DNA of 63,008 nucleotides, counting the filler, from Globobulimina sp. (taxonomy: Eukaryota), in the NCBI GenBank assembly GCA_003354225.1. It is 32 parts of 32 records of this genome, joined end to end, with 100 filler letters (N's around TTAATTAATTAA, not from the genome) between each part and the next. Parts side by side here need not be neighbours in the genome. Positions count along the whole stretch, not along the records: positions 37,484 to 39,355 come from PIVH01011036.1; positions 39,456 to 41,327 come from PIVH01011037.1; positions 41,428 to 43,299 come from PIVH01011038.1; positions 43,400 to 45,270 come from PIVH01011039.1; positions 45,371 to 47,241 come from PIVH01011040.1; positions 47,342 to 49,212 come from PIVH01011041.1; 26 more parts are not named here. The stretch is one strand, 5' to 3'. The position numbers and the translations under genes are program-made. Shown here one piece after another: positions 37,484 through 49,312 of the stretch (its first letter is position 1; each line of letters opens with the position of its first letter). Under the pieces are notes generated by a model. The model was not told where the DNA came from and made no database searches. It saw only the letters and a list, made by a program, of their open reading frames with translations.

Positions 37484-39238
37484 CGAAACTATTAAATAAT
37501 AAAATCGGATTAAAAGATTTGGTGGAATTGTACTATTTTGTTGCGAGCATACCATGGATTAAAGAAAAATTGTCGCGCACAAAAAACGTCTCCTTCCATA
37601 CATTGAATGATGACGACGACGGCGACGACGATCTAAAAGATATTGTCGATGAGCAACCACTCGGTTTGTTATCGTCAGACTTTATTATTCCGATGGAAGA
37701 AATGGAAAAAAACTTCAATAGCTATCTAGCAATGATTGAGCAAGTCGTTGATTTGGATGAGGTGAAGCGCAGTCGGCAGTATTTGATAAAGGCAGAGTTT
37801 GACAGTGTATTGGATAAATTTGCTAAAAAAAAGAAGAAAATAATGGCCGATATGGAAGCGTGTCGCCATAAAATTATGGATAAATTGTCAGAAACAGAAA
37901 AGGTGATAAAATTAGAAAGACATAAGTCGTACGGATATTGTTTAAGAATTCAAAAATCAAAAGCAACAAAAATAAAAAAAAAAAAATACAAAAAAAAATT
38001 ATATTAAATAATAAACACAAAAAGGTGGCACCTTTTTTTTTCCAAAAGATAATAATTTGCGAAAATTAAGTAAATCGTATATAGATTATGAGAAAAAATA
38101 TAGTTTGCGACAGAAAGTGATTGTGGATAAATGCGTTGGTATCACAAAAACGTACATTCCAGTGATTAGTGGCGGCATTGTGGTGTTTAGCGAGTTGGAT
38201 GTCATATTATCATTGGCCTTCGTCGCCAGTCATAGTCCGTGCGGTGCCTACGTATTACCCAAAATCTATGCAAATAGCATTGCCAGCAGCAAACGCATAA
38301 TTATGCACAATGCGCGCCATCCATGCTTAGAATTAATACAATTGGATGGCGATGGTGGCGTCATAGCAAACAGTGTGCAATTACACGGCGATAAATCCTC
38401 ATTTTGTGTGGTGACTGGGCCGAATATGGGCGGCAAGTCGACATACATTCGAATGATTGGTTTGATTGTGTTAATGGCGCAGATCGGTAGTTATGTGCCC
38501 TGCGACTTGTGTGAATTGACAATAATCGATTCAATATTGGCGCGAGTTGGCGCCGGTGATAATCAGTTACGCGGTGTCTCGACATTTATGGCGGAAATGT
38601 TGGAGTCGTCGTCCATTTTAGAAGCAGCAACGCCTAATTCATTAATAATAATTGACGAATTGGGGCGGGGCACCTCGACCTATGATGGGTATGGCATCGC
38701 GTACAGCATAAGTCAGCATATCATCAATGAGTTGCATTCCTTTTGTTTATTTGCAACCCATTTTCATGAGTTAGCCATATTAGAGCAAGAATATAAATGC
38801 GTAATAAACAAACATGTGACTGCGCATTTTGACAAAGACGACGATTCATTGACAATGCTTTATAAAATAAACGATGGTCCATGTCCTCAATCCTTTGGTA
38901 TTCAGGTCGCAAAATTAGCAAAATTCCCACAAAGTGTTATACAAACTGCAAAAAATAAAGCGAATCAGTTAGAATCCACTGCAAACTCTTCTGTTTCATT
39001 ATATTCTTATAATTCAATTCAAAAAATTCTTGAAAAATATAAACAAATTCAACAAGATGTTGAAAAAAATAATTGGAACGAAAATGATCAACAATATATT
39101 GATTCCATTAAAGAATTTAAAACATTTATTGAAACAAAAATAAATCAAAATCCAGAGTTGGCTGATATTGCACATCAATTACGAAGAAAAAAGAAACATG
39201 ATAATAATAATAAAAATAATAAAATGGAAATTGATTGA
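37484..39238 (+). CDS. MSH2: DNA mismatch repair protein MSH2, 5'-partial; frame break in the homopolymer region ~37965-38045
   Basis: ARHPCLE, TGPNMGGKSTYIR, STFMAEMLE, DELGRGTSTYDG, FATHFHEL, QSFGIQVA. Confidence 0.92.
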
Positions 39239-39455
39239 TTGTGCAACTCGACATTGACAGTGACAGTGACTTACTTATTTATTTATAATTATTTTTCTCA
39301 ACAAAACACTATTGGTGGGTTGATCTGATCGGTATAGACCAAATAGTGCGGACTANNNNNNNNNNNNNNNNNNNNNNNNNNNNNNNNNNNNNNNNNNNNT
39401 TAATTAATTAANNNNNNNNNNNNNNNNNNNNNNNNNNNNNNNNNNNNNNNNNNNN

Positions 39456-41327
39456 CACTTTTCAAACTATTCAAAAGCAAAATCATTATACTCGGAAGGA
39501 TTCACGCCTTTAATCCGCAGTAAAACAAGGCCAATTTGGACCCGCTTACCATCACAAAATGTAAATTGGTTTAAATGCAACCGACACAAAAAGAATTGCT
39601 TTACAATCTCATTCACATTCGATAGAAGCGGCGATGAATATTTTTTTGCATATTCATATGTTTATACTTATTCATATTTGCAAAAGTTTTTAGCGGATAT
39701 TGAACAATTAAATTTACCATTTGTTACGCGAGAGTTATTAGGACGCACTGTGCAACAAAGAAGAGTCGATTGCTTACGAATACAGGGTCCGGACATGGAG
39801 AATAACCCTATTATTGACAGGCCTGTCGTAGTAATTTCGGCCAGAGTCCATCCTGTTTAGTATATAATATATATTGTTTTTGCTTTGTATATATCTGTAC
39901 ATTGCACATCGGAAAAACAGGGAGAAACACCAAGTTCTTATATTATGGATGGATTAATAGAATTATTGTTAAGCTCACATGAATCAGCAATGTTTTTACG
40001 TCGCAATGTGACCATATTAATAATACCAATGTTAAATCCGGATGGTGTATTTATTGGTAATTATCGCAGTACGTCGTTAGGATTCGACTTAAACCGTCAT
40101 TGGCATCATCCAGATTTTGTGCAACATCCAACAATTTGTTCACTAAAATTATTGTTACGACAATTGGATGTTGCCAATAAATTAGATTTTTATATGGATT
40201 TGCATGCTCATACCAATGCTCTCGATAGTTTTATGTATTGTAATCCATCGGAACCAGAGTCGGAAATGCAAATTGAAGAAGAAAATGAGAAACATTGTTT
40301 ACGCAATGATTTTACCACAATATTTCCACGTTTATTAGATTTGCATTGCTCTGAATATTCATTTGCAAAGACGAAATTTTGTAATAATCCGAAGAAAGCA
40401 GGTTCTGCCCGACGTGCAATGGAAGCGATTTTATCTGATATTCCGATTTGTTATACGTTCGAAGTTTCTTTTTATAAATCGAATGAAAAGAATTCGCAAA
40501 TAATAAAACAACCGCGTTTATATTCTCAAGAAACATATAGAAATTTAGGTCGATGTATGATTCAATCTTTATCCGATTTATATAAAATACCAAAAGATAA
40601 AAGACACGATTTTAATCTTTTCAACTTTAAAACTCGAAGATTTATGAAAGGCGATTTTAGGAGAAAGTTACAAAAAACTGCTGCAGCACAGAACAAACAA
40701 AAGGAATCTGAAAATAATAAGGTTTCAATACCAACTGTGCCTTCAACCGTGCCTTCTTAACATAATATATAGTATCTATTGTGTAAATTGTTCAATTCAT
40801 TATTTAATAATTAATTAATTACAATATATAAAACTAGTTTTTAATTACTAGTAATAACATGTTTCTATATTACTGGCTTTGCAAAGCGTTTTCTCAGACA
40901 ATTGAACGAAATGTATACAACTTATTGACCAGGTGCCGTGGGGTTATCTTTTTGAAATATATCGTTCAGTTATTTTTACGCTTTTTAGTTCTGTGTTCTG
41001 TATCATGTTTACTTTGAAACGATTAATGTTTGCTGTTATTATAGTTGGTATAAGTTTATTTGTTGCTAGTGGTAATCTTGGGCAAGTGCGTCATCACCGT
41101 GACAATGAATATGATCTCACCATTCGTGGGGATACAAACAATGAGAGACACTCCGTGTGGTTTTATTTCAGGGTCAAAGGCGGCATTGCTGGCAATAAAT
41201 TAATATGCCACTTTTCAAACTATTCAAAAGCAAAATCATTATACTCGGAAGGATTCACGCCTTTAATCCGCAGTAAAACAAGGCCAATTTGGACCCGCTT
41301 ACCATCACAAAATGTAAATTGGTTTAA
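39456..41327 (+). CDS. Cytosolic carboxypeptidase (M14D, AGBL/CCP tubulin deglutamylase), circularly permuted in the contig: N-terminal part ~41060-41327, remainder 39456-40760
   Basis: SGNLGQV...EYDL.IR.D...WFYF; ARVHP|GETPSS; PMLNPDGVFIGNYR; DLNR; DLHAH; YTFE. Confidence 0.9.
41209..41327 (+). repeat. 119-bp terminal direct repeat identical to 39456-39574
   Basis: cacttttcaaactattc...gtaaattggtttaa at both ends of the contig. Confidence 0.95.
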
Positions 41328-41428
41328 NNNNNNNNNNNNNNNNNNNNNNNNNNNNNNNNNNNNNNNNNNNNTTAATTAATTAANNNNNNNNNNNNNNNNN
41401 NNNNNNNNNNNNNNNNNNNNNNNNNNNT

Positions 41429-43069
41429 GAAATTAGAAAACGGTATAATGGTATCAGGTTGGATACAACGCTTACGATTCCCTGTTCTCATCCAAATTGC
41501 AACCAACAAATACCATTCAATCAGTATGAAACTCACCAATTACAACATCTTCATCATAGCAATAATAACAATCACAATCGCAATCACAATAATAGTAATA
41601 ATCTAATGATAGAATGTGAATTCAGTGATTGTAAAACAAAATGGATTCCAAAGAATGAGTACTTGGATCATGTAACTTTACATCGTTTACAATCCCAACA
41701 ACAACCAAATACATCCAATGATGCATTAATTGCATTTAACCATCAAACCCAATTAATACAACAACAAACTGCCACTGTCAACACGATCCCTGATCCGCGT
41801 CGTATATGTTTATCCAATGCATTTATACATTTGCAGTCCACCCAAAAACCTGTGATACCAATCCATGATACGTTAATATTAAATGGCACAGACACAAATA
41901 CTATGACTAATGATGCAGTTAATGTGCCGCGGAGGGACAACCATTACGTATCCGCCATAATTGAGAGCATTGATCATGTATTGTCATCTCGTACGCATCT
42001 CCAATATTATTTATGTGATCCATTGTTATTTTATTACAGAGATCGAGAGGATTATTCGTGGGGATGCGGCTTCAGAAATTGTCAAACATTAACCTCATCA
42101 CTGAATAATAGGAATAATATCTATTGCAACTATTTATTTAATGGCATTGGTTACGTACCAATGATTGAGCAAATACAAAGATATTTAGACTATGCGCATG
42201 TGCAAGGATTTGACCCTGAGGGCTTGAAAGAGTTAGGTTTGACCCAAGGGAGACGAGTATGGATTGGTGCCGTCGATGTTGCTGCGGTGTTGAGGAGCTT
42301 TTATATTCCTGCCGCAATATTTGATTTTCAATTAGCTCCACAAGAGACGTATCATAATGACTTATTTCAGTGGGTTTGGGATTATTTTGTACAAAGATAT
42401 AAATATCACCAAATCACTGCTTCTCCGAATTCAAGAAATCATCAAAATGAAACTCAAACGTTGATTTCAAGTTATTTTCAGAGTGCAAATAGCAATGTGG
42501 AGGATGGCGATGTTGGAATGAAGAAGAAAGAGAATAACAATAAAATGGAGATGAGCGAGGATAGTGACAGTGGCAGCAGTTTCAGTGGGAATGAAGCGGA
42601 CGAAAAAGAAAAAGAAAAAGAGAAGAAATCAGATGATAATGATCATGATTTATGTTATTGGGAGAAAGATGATGTTGGAGATCTATGTAAGAAACCGAAG
42701 AAAGCCAAGATACCGAAAGCAGAGATATCCATTAATAAAAATGATAAAAATAGGTTTATTCCGCCATTGTATTTCCAACATCAGGGACATTCGCGAACAA
42801 TTATTGGTATAATATACAACAAAAAAAGTAAGATCCGGCATTTATTGGTTTTAGATCCGTCAGTAAAAAAAGGTGGAATTAATTTGCTAAATAATATTAA
42901 AAATGGCAATATTCAGCAATTACTGAGATCAAAAAAACAAATAAAAGCTGCAAAATATCAAATTGTGGCAATTCCAACGTATGGTATTATGACAAATAAT
43001 GATCGGAATAGATGTAAAACAATACAATCGATGGATGTTACATTAATGAATAAAAATTCAAAAAACTGA
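41429..43069 (+). CDS. ZUP1: ZUP1/ZUFSP-like peptidase C78 deubiquitinase with N-terminal zinc fingers
   Basis: Two CxxxxC...H fingers; DYSWGCGFRNCQ, GFDPEG, WIGA, LYFQHQGHSRTIIG, LLVLDP. Confidence 0.85.
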   Translation, partial: EIRKRYNGIRLDTTLTIPCSHPNCNQQIPFNQYETHQLQHLHHSNNNNHNRNHNNSNNLMIECEFSDCKTKWIPKNEYLDHVTLHRLQSQQQPNTSNDALIAFNHQTQLIQQQTATVNTIPDPRRICLSNAFIHLQSTQKPVIPIHDTLILNGTDTNTMTNDAVNVPRRDNHYVSAIIESIDHVLSSRTHLQYYLCDPLLFYYRDREDYSWGCGFRNCQTLTSSLNNRNNIYCNYLFNGIGYVPMIEQIQRYLDYAHVQGFDPEGLKELGLTQGRRVWIGAVDVAAVLRSFYIPAAIFDFQLAPQETYHNDLFQWVWDYFVQRYKYHQITASPNSRNHQNETQTLISSYFQSANSNVEDGDVGMKKKENNNKMEMSEDSDSGSSFSGNEADEKEKEKEKKSDDNDHDLCYWEKDDVGDLCKKPKKAKIPKAEISINKNDKNRFIPPLYFQHQGHSRTIIGIIYNKKSKIRHLLVLDPSVKKGGINLLNNIKNGNIQQLLRSKKQIKAAKYQIVAIPTYGIMTNNDRNRCKTIQSMDVTLMNKNSKN

Positions 43070-43399
43070 TTTTCTTTTTTGATTGTTTTGGTTATTTTTA
43101 AATTTTTTTCAGACTCACGGATTGCGGGAACATCTCTAAACTGGACGTAAATCCGATTCCGGCTGGAACATCCTCGTCAGATACTTCTTTTGTGGTTGAC
43201 TAAGTTTTTTAGGGTTTTTTATAGTAAATATATATTTATTGATGACTAGCTCACTTCAAGAAAATCTTAATATCATGGTTCTCACCTCATAGACGACAGN
43301 NNNNNNNNNNNNNNNNNNNNNNNNNNNNNNNNNNNNNNNNNNNTTAATTAATTAANNNNNNNNNNNNNNNNNNNNNNNNNNNNNNNNNNNNNNNNNNNN

Positions 43400-44560
43400 A
43401 TAGATCTAAGTCGCGACATCGACATAGACGTCGAAAGCGAGACCGAGATCGAGACCGCGATCGCGATTCAGCTGACTCACAATCGCATTCCTGTGCAGGT
43501 ACAGATTCTCATTCGAGTTTAAAATCAGATTTTGTTGGCCTGAGTCATGAGATCGAGGATGGGGAAATCATTAAAGACGGAGCCGAGGCTGTGAGCAATG
43601 CTAATTTTGGGATAACACCGATGAGGAACAGCGGCGATGAGACCGTATCAGCAGTTGGCGATATGGCTGCTGGTGACTGTGATGCTGAAATAGCAGTGCT
43701 TAAACACGGCATTATGCGATTTCAAGAGAAGAAAAAGAACATTTTGCAAGATTTGCAAGTGTTGGGAAATTGCGAATTAATCTCCGGACGTATTACATCG
43801 TTGACTCATTACAATGCAGAGTTGCAGGCAAAAAGTAGGAAATGTAAGCAACACATTGGGGCCATGAAGAATAAATATTCGTTTTTCGACGATAATGTAT
43901 ATAAACAGCGGTCTCGATTATATTCAATGACGCAGCAATTTAGTGTATTTGTGGAGAGTCATGGCTCTGTGTTGGCGCAATGGAATAAGACGCGGACACA
44001 ATGGTTGCAGCAACAACTTGTGGCGAAGCAGGAAAATAGTGTTTTGTTGCAGGAGTTTTCTACGGTGACCCAACAGGTTCGCGATGAAACTGATGTTTTC
44101 GAGAAAGTTGATGTGGAACGAAAAGCAAAGCATGCACGGCATAGCGTGTTGCGGCATAAAATTGAAGCGAAGAAAAAAGAAATTAATCTGGAAGAGAAGA
44201 AATATAATAAATGTTGTAAGATGATGGAGGATGAATGTAATTCGGTTAAACTTAGATTTGAAACAGGTTTGTTTTTGCTTTGTTTTGTTCGGATGTTTGA
44301 GGTTTGATTTGCGTTGCATTTGATGTGCAGAACAAAAACAGCATGAGAATACGCAGCAGGTTTTAGCGGACACAGTGTGTAAAGTTAAGGAAAGCATTAA
44401 AAGTATAAATAAAAGAGCAAAGGAGAAAGATTTGATCATTAAGAGATTGCAGAATAGATTGAAACTTTATAAACATCATTTAAATGGATATGCTATACGC
44501 GATGGGATGGTGAAGGAAACGGGGAATAATTCGAATTCAAAGGTTGTTAGTATATCATAA
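43400..44560 (+). CDS. Coiled-coil protein with an RD/RS-rich N-terminal stretch, partial, multi-exon
   Basis: RDRDRDRD repeat, heptad-rich ORF, intron near 44267-44330. Confidence 0.55.
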
Positions 44561-44749
44561 ATTGTTTGATTAGATTTGAATTCTCTCTGTCTGTGTTAAA
44601 TTGTATTGTTTCTTTAATATATTCTTTGTGTACCTTTCTGTGCACCATATTATATAACACTTTTATGTAGAAATGGGTGTCACTCATTATTGTTGTATTG
44701 TATTGAATCAAATTGAAATGCAAAAAAAGAAGGAAACTCTTTAAAAACT

Positions 44750-45270
44750 TTGAAAATATCACAAAACATGGATGCTTTATATCCCTCAAATACAGAAATT
44801 TTAAAATGGGTTGATAGTTTACCTCCTGATCCAAAATATAAATTGCAAGATATTGAAGTCAATACATATGAACGCAAAACTCCATCAAATTACAGACGGC
44901 CAAAACAAAAGAAAACATACTCTTCATTACCATCATTGATTGTTGATGATTGGTTGTATTTAGGCTCGCATCAACATTGTAAATCAATACAAATAATTAA
45001 AGACTTAGGAATAACTCATATTTTATGTTGTAGCGACATTATTCCATGTTATTTTTTATATGACGATGAAATGAACATCAAATACGGAAGAATACGCATT
45101 GGAGATTGGTATTGTGCTGATATTTTTAATTATTTTCATGCGAGTACACAATTTATTGATCAATGCAATCCATTGTATAATATGGACAATACTAACAAAA
45201 TATTGATCCACTGTGAAATGGGCAAATCAAGATCGTCAACAATAGTGATTGCATATTTATTATCAAAGCA
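44750..45270 (+). CDS. Dual-specificity protein phosphatase, partial
   Basis: PSLIVDDWLYLGS, LGITHIL, HCEMGKSRSSTIVIAYL. Confidence 0.88.
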
Positions 45271-45627
45271 NNNNNNNNNNNNNNNNNNNNNNNNNNNNNN
45301 NNNNNNNNNNNNNNTTAATTAATTAANNNNNNNNNNNNNNNNNNNNNNNNNNNNNNNNNNNNNNNNNNNNTCTTTTCAACTTTTTTCCATCTTTTTTTTA
45401 AGGGAATCATGGAAATTGTTGTTTTTGAGGGAATCATCGCCATTCATCGAAATTATTTTTTTTAAGGGAATCATGCAAGGGAATCATGCATACGGTTTTT
45501 ATGAAATTAAAAGTTTTGAGGATTCAAAAAAAACCACACTTACAAAGTTGCATCGATTCGAAAAGACACATTACTTGTCGACCACTGGAGGGGTGGTTAT
45601 CTTTTGGAATATATCGTTTAGTCATCG

Positions 45628-46353
45628 ATGACGTCTCCAGTGTTAGTAATTTTAGTTGCATGCATAGCAAGAACTTCAGCAGTACCAACATTGAATAGTA
45701 ATCCAACTGATGCAGATTTTAGATCGTATCATTCAAATTATTGTACTGAGTTACAGAAAATTATGAAAAGTAAGGACGATTCAGAAGTTCTCTCATTTCA
45801 GACATTTTTACCACGGTCGAGTATATCCACTCAATCTGAATTTAAACTCATTGTGGATGGTGATGAATACACATATGGCGACTATAACAATATTGTTGAT
45901 GGTTTACAAGATAGTTTATCTTATGTAGCCTTAGGCTCATTTTTGACGTTAACCAAATGCGAATATCAATCCACACAAACTGGTACAGATGGCAATGGCA
46001 ATGAATATGTGATAATTGAATCAAAAGAGAATGTCGATGCTGTAGTATACGGCTATGGTGCCACTATTAGTGAAATAACAGCATATTACACGTTGAGTAT
46101 AAATCCAAATGGTGAATTAACGAAAATTGAATTAATTTCAAATGAAAATCCCGAGAATTTGTTAACTTCGATTGTGTCAAAATTATCAACATTTAGAAAA
46201 AGTGAAGCTGTACAGTTTCTTGTTAAATTACCAAAGCTATCCGGTTTAGTATTAATTATTACTGTATGTTTAACAATAATAGCCATGATATGGAGTGCTG
46301 TAAATTGTTGTTTTTGTCTTTATCGACCAACTGACAAACTCTATTATTTCTAA
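45628..46353 (+). CDS. Type I membrane protein of unknown function
   Basis: Signal peptide and C-terminal TM followed by CCFC; intronless, 241 aa. Confidence 0.65.
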   Translation: MTSPVLVILVACIARTSAVPTLNSNPTDADFRSYHSNYCTELQKIMKSKDDSEVLSFQTFLPRSSISTQSEFKLIVDGDEYTYGDYNNIVDGLQDSLSYVALGSFLTLTKCEYQSTQTGTDGNGNEYVIIESKENVDAVVYGYGATISEITAYYTLSINPNGELTKIELISNENPENLLTSIVSKLSTFRKSEAVQFLVKLPKLSGLVLIITVCLTIIAMIWSAVNCCFCLYRPTDKLYYF

Positions 46354-47092
46354 ATTAAATTTTTTTGTATGTACTAGTAATTAAATTTTTTTTTTTATAA
46401 TAAAAACATGTCCAAATGTTGTATTACCTAATTGTATACACAAATCCCTTGACGATTATTCACCATGTTTCAGCACTCTCTTCTTTGTTCATGTTTGTAG
46501 TTTCAAATGCCATCGAATTTGATAAAAATGTAAATATCTTGATTTGTTAAAATACTTCAAAATCTTAAAAAGTACAATTTCTGCAAAAAGGTCGAAAAAA
46601 TCAATTTCTGTAAATGTCACTTTTGCCTCAAAAAGCAGATTCATCCAAAAGTCAAATTATCAAAATTAAAATTACAATCCTTATTCCAATGGAACGCGTT
46701 ACATATTTTATTCTATTTAAGTGAGAAATGTTGCGATGATAATCACAGAGCGCCACCAATTAAAAAAGCAAAATTAACGAACAAATTATAACGAAGAACC
46801 GATATAATTATTTAAGCATTGCCTGGTTAAACTATTTAGGTTCAAACCAGCTACAAACGAAGATTTATCATTTAATATTAACGCGTTTAGAAAGTGCAAT
46901 ATTCCCCGTCTTAAAAAAAAGTCATACCAACGGCCGCTACAATAATTTAATTTTATTATCGGATTTCTTGACCGATTCGTACAACACTGGCGGTGAGATA
47001 TCATTGTTATCCTTGAAAGGATTATCCACATTTTTATGAGAAGTTATATGACATAAAAATTTCGGAGTCATCCCGCAAACCTGAAATGTATG

Positions 47093-47241
47093 TAAGAGAA
47101 TCCGGTTTTCAGCGTCAGATTTTTATTGTTTCTGAGAAACGAAGGCAAACCTATATTATTTTTACCTTTATCTGTCACCAGAAACGGTTTGCTTATACCT
47201 TGCCCCAATAAAAATCTGACGCTGAAGACCGGATGCTCTTA
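47093..47241. mobile_element. MITE family A, copy 2 (~149 bp, ~36-bp TIRs)
   Basis: taagagaatccggttttcagcgtcagatttttattg ... caataaaaatctgacgctgaagaccggatgctctta (2 mismatches). Confidence 0.88.
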
Positions 47242-47690
47242 NNNNNNNNNNNNNNNNNNNNNNNNNNNNNNNNNNNNNNNNNNNNTTAATTAATTAANNN
47301 NNNNNNNNNNNNNNNNNNNNNNNNNNNNNNNNNNNNNNNNNTTTTCCTCTATGTTTGCGTTTATTTTTTGTATGATTTTCGTTTTTTTATTTCAAATTGT
47401 AAATGTATGTATTGGTTATAATATTCTTTGATTTAATTTCATGTCAACTCTGCTTTCCAGATAAATGTAACAAATTACTTTCTATATAGTTAAACCACGA
47501 GGACTAAACTAATATTAGTCTTTTTTGAAATTTTGAAAACAAACTCTGAAACTCCAAGAAAATAGCTAGAAATAATTATAAAAAAGAACGAAGCCTTTAC
47601 TTTTCTATTTTTTTTAGGCATCTATATAAGAAAGAAAATTATCTGTTCTTTGTTCAGTATACAACGTAATTCAGTATACAACGTAGTGTG

Positions 47691-47799
47691 TAAGGGGTTG
47701 TTCTTATATGGCAATATAAATTGAGACCTAGGACTTAGGCCATCCTTAATTGCAATATCATGGTAACCTAGTCCTAGGTCTCAATTTATACAGCCCTTA
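47691..47799. mobile_element. MITE-like hairpin element C
   Basis: Perfect 21-bp IR at 47715-47735/47770-47790; outer taaggggttg/cagccctta. Confidence 0.65.
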
Positions 47800-47901
47800 A
47801 ACAGCAAAAGGCATTAAAGAATTGAGTTTACAAAGAGTTTTTCTTGAGATAAATTGCTCATCAGCAGGAGTACAGTTTTTATATGGATAGTCAATTTAAT
47901 A

Positions 47902-49212
47902 TCACTCATAAAACGAAGGGTAGTATTTGGTAGGTTTATTAAAAAACGAGTCATGCGTTCCTTTCTCAAGTAAAAGTGACATGGCACCTTTTAAGTTTCC
48001 ATCATCACGCGTCTGTATTGAAAGAAACGCCTCATTCAGATCATTCTCATGATTGTTGTTCTTACGATTGTTGTTCCTCTCAATCCTCTGTTCAATGTGA
48101 CATTGTTGTGTCAGCGACTTGGACATGATGGAATATTCCGTATCAGATTGATAACCGGGCACTAAATATTGAGGGCAATGTCCCAACAATCTCGATTTCT
48201 CCCTATTAAAATAGACATTATTCCAATATTCATGCAATTTGAACAATTTATACTGTTCTTTGATAGTATTATTATGTTCGATCATTTTATTGACAAAAAC
48301 CACATATTTGTCATCATGGATCAAGAGGCCGCCAATAATGAATAATAAGCCCATTAATTGGATCAAATTATACCATGACAATGCTTGGCCATATCCATCG
48401 GTGCTCACATAATGCAATAAAAGGTTACAACACCAAATCGCAATAATAGTCGCCACATATATTACACGCGAATGATATGGCGATAAATGATAGCGTGAAT
48501 CCTCCAAAACCATTTCGTAAAACATTGTAGAAACAACAAAGATGAAAATCAAAATAAAATATAAAGAGTTTGAACGCACACTGTCGAGAAATGAGACAAA
48601 ATCATCGTAAAAGACAACATTGGCGTCGTGCAGCCAAATATTCTCAAATAAAATCATGAGCGATGTGAGAATTACGCCGTAAAAGCCTTCCATGAAAATA
48701 AACTTTATATGGTTCCAATGCAGGAAAATCAATTTCTTTTCTTGTTCCAAGCGAACATTATTAAACTTCACATATAATTTGGCGATATTTTCGCGTTTCG
48801 ATGGAGGGACAGACGACAGTGCAACCGATTGGTTTTTAAGCGTCAAACATAGTCTCCAATAAAGATTCCATTTTTCATATAAATATTGATACGCAGTCAA
48901 ATAGAAACTGATAAAAACACAAGCAATGCACACGGAGGCCAACGCAAATATAATTTCATGCGTTTTCCACGACGTTGCATCTTTCAGTTCGGCGAAACTC
49001 GACAAAGCGACAATGATTACGCCGACAAACAGAAATAATAAACCCACCAAATGATAGATGCGAGAGATTTTGTGGAGGCCAGACACGCATTGATATAAAG
49101 AGGCGAATACTATCAACAACGAAGGGAATAACATCTGATATATGGACGCCGGCAAATAATACAACGAGATATTTAAAAATAATTCGCCACAAATTGTCAA
49201 AATGCTGAATAT
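47902..49212 (-). CDS. SLC35F-like drug/metabolite (nucleotide-sugar) transporter, 5'-partial
   Basis: LYYLPASIYQML, EGFYG, IW...GQALSWYNLIQLMGL; many TM segments. Confidence 0.75.
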   Translation of the reverse strand: MFSILTICGELFLNISLYYLPASIYQMLFPSLLIVFASLYQCVSGLHKISRIYHLVGLLFLFVGVIIVALSSFAELKDATSWKTHEIIFALASVCIACVFISFYLTAYQYLYEKWNLYWRLCLTLKNQSVALSSVPPSKRENIAKLYVKFNNVRLEQEKKLIFLHWNHIKFIFMEGFYGVILTSLMILFENIWLHDANVVFYDDFVSFLDSVRSNSLYFILIFIFVVSTMFYEMVLEDSRYHLSPYHSRVIYVATIIAIWCCNLLLHYVSTDGYGQALSWYNLIQLMGLLFIIGGLLIHDDKYVVFVNKMIEHNNTIKEQYKLFKLHEYWNNVYFNREKSRLLGHCPQYLVPGYQSDTEYSIMSKSLTQQCHIEQRIERNNNRKNNNHENDLNEAFLSIQTRDDGNLKGAMSLLLEKGTHDSFFNKPTKYYPSFYE

Positions 49213-49312
49213 NNNNNNNNNNNNNNNNNNNNNNNNNNNNNNNNNNNNNNNNNNNNTTAATTAATTAANNNNNNNNNNNNNNNNNNNNNNNNNNNNNNNN
49301 NNNNNNNNNNNN

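Noticed and set aside
37965-38045. Programmed frameshift or pseudogenisation of MSH2
   Set aside because: The break lies in long A/T homopolymers, so sequencing or assembly error is the simplest explanation; the rest of the gene is intact
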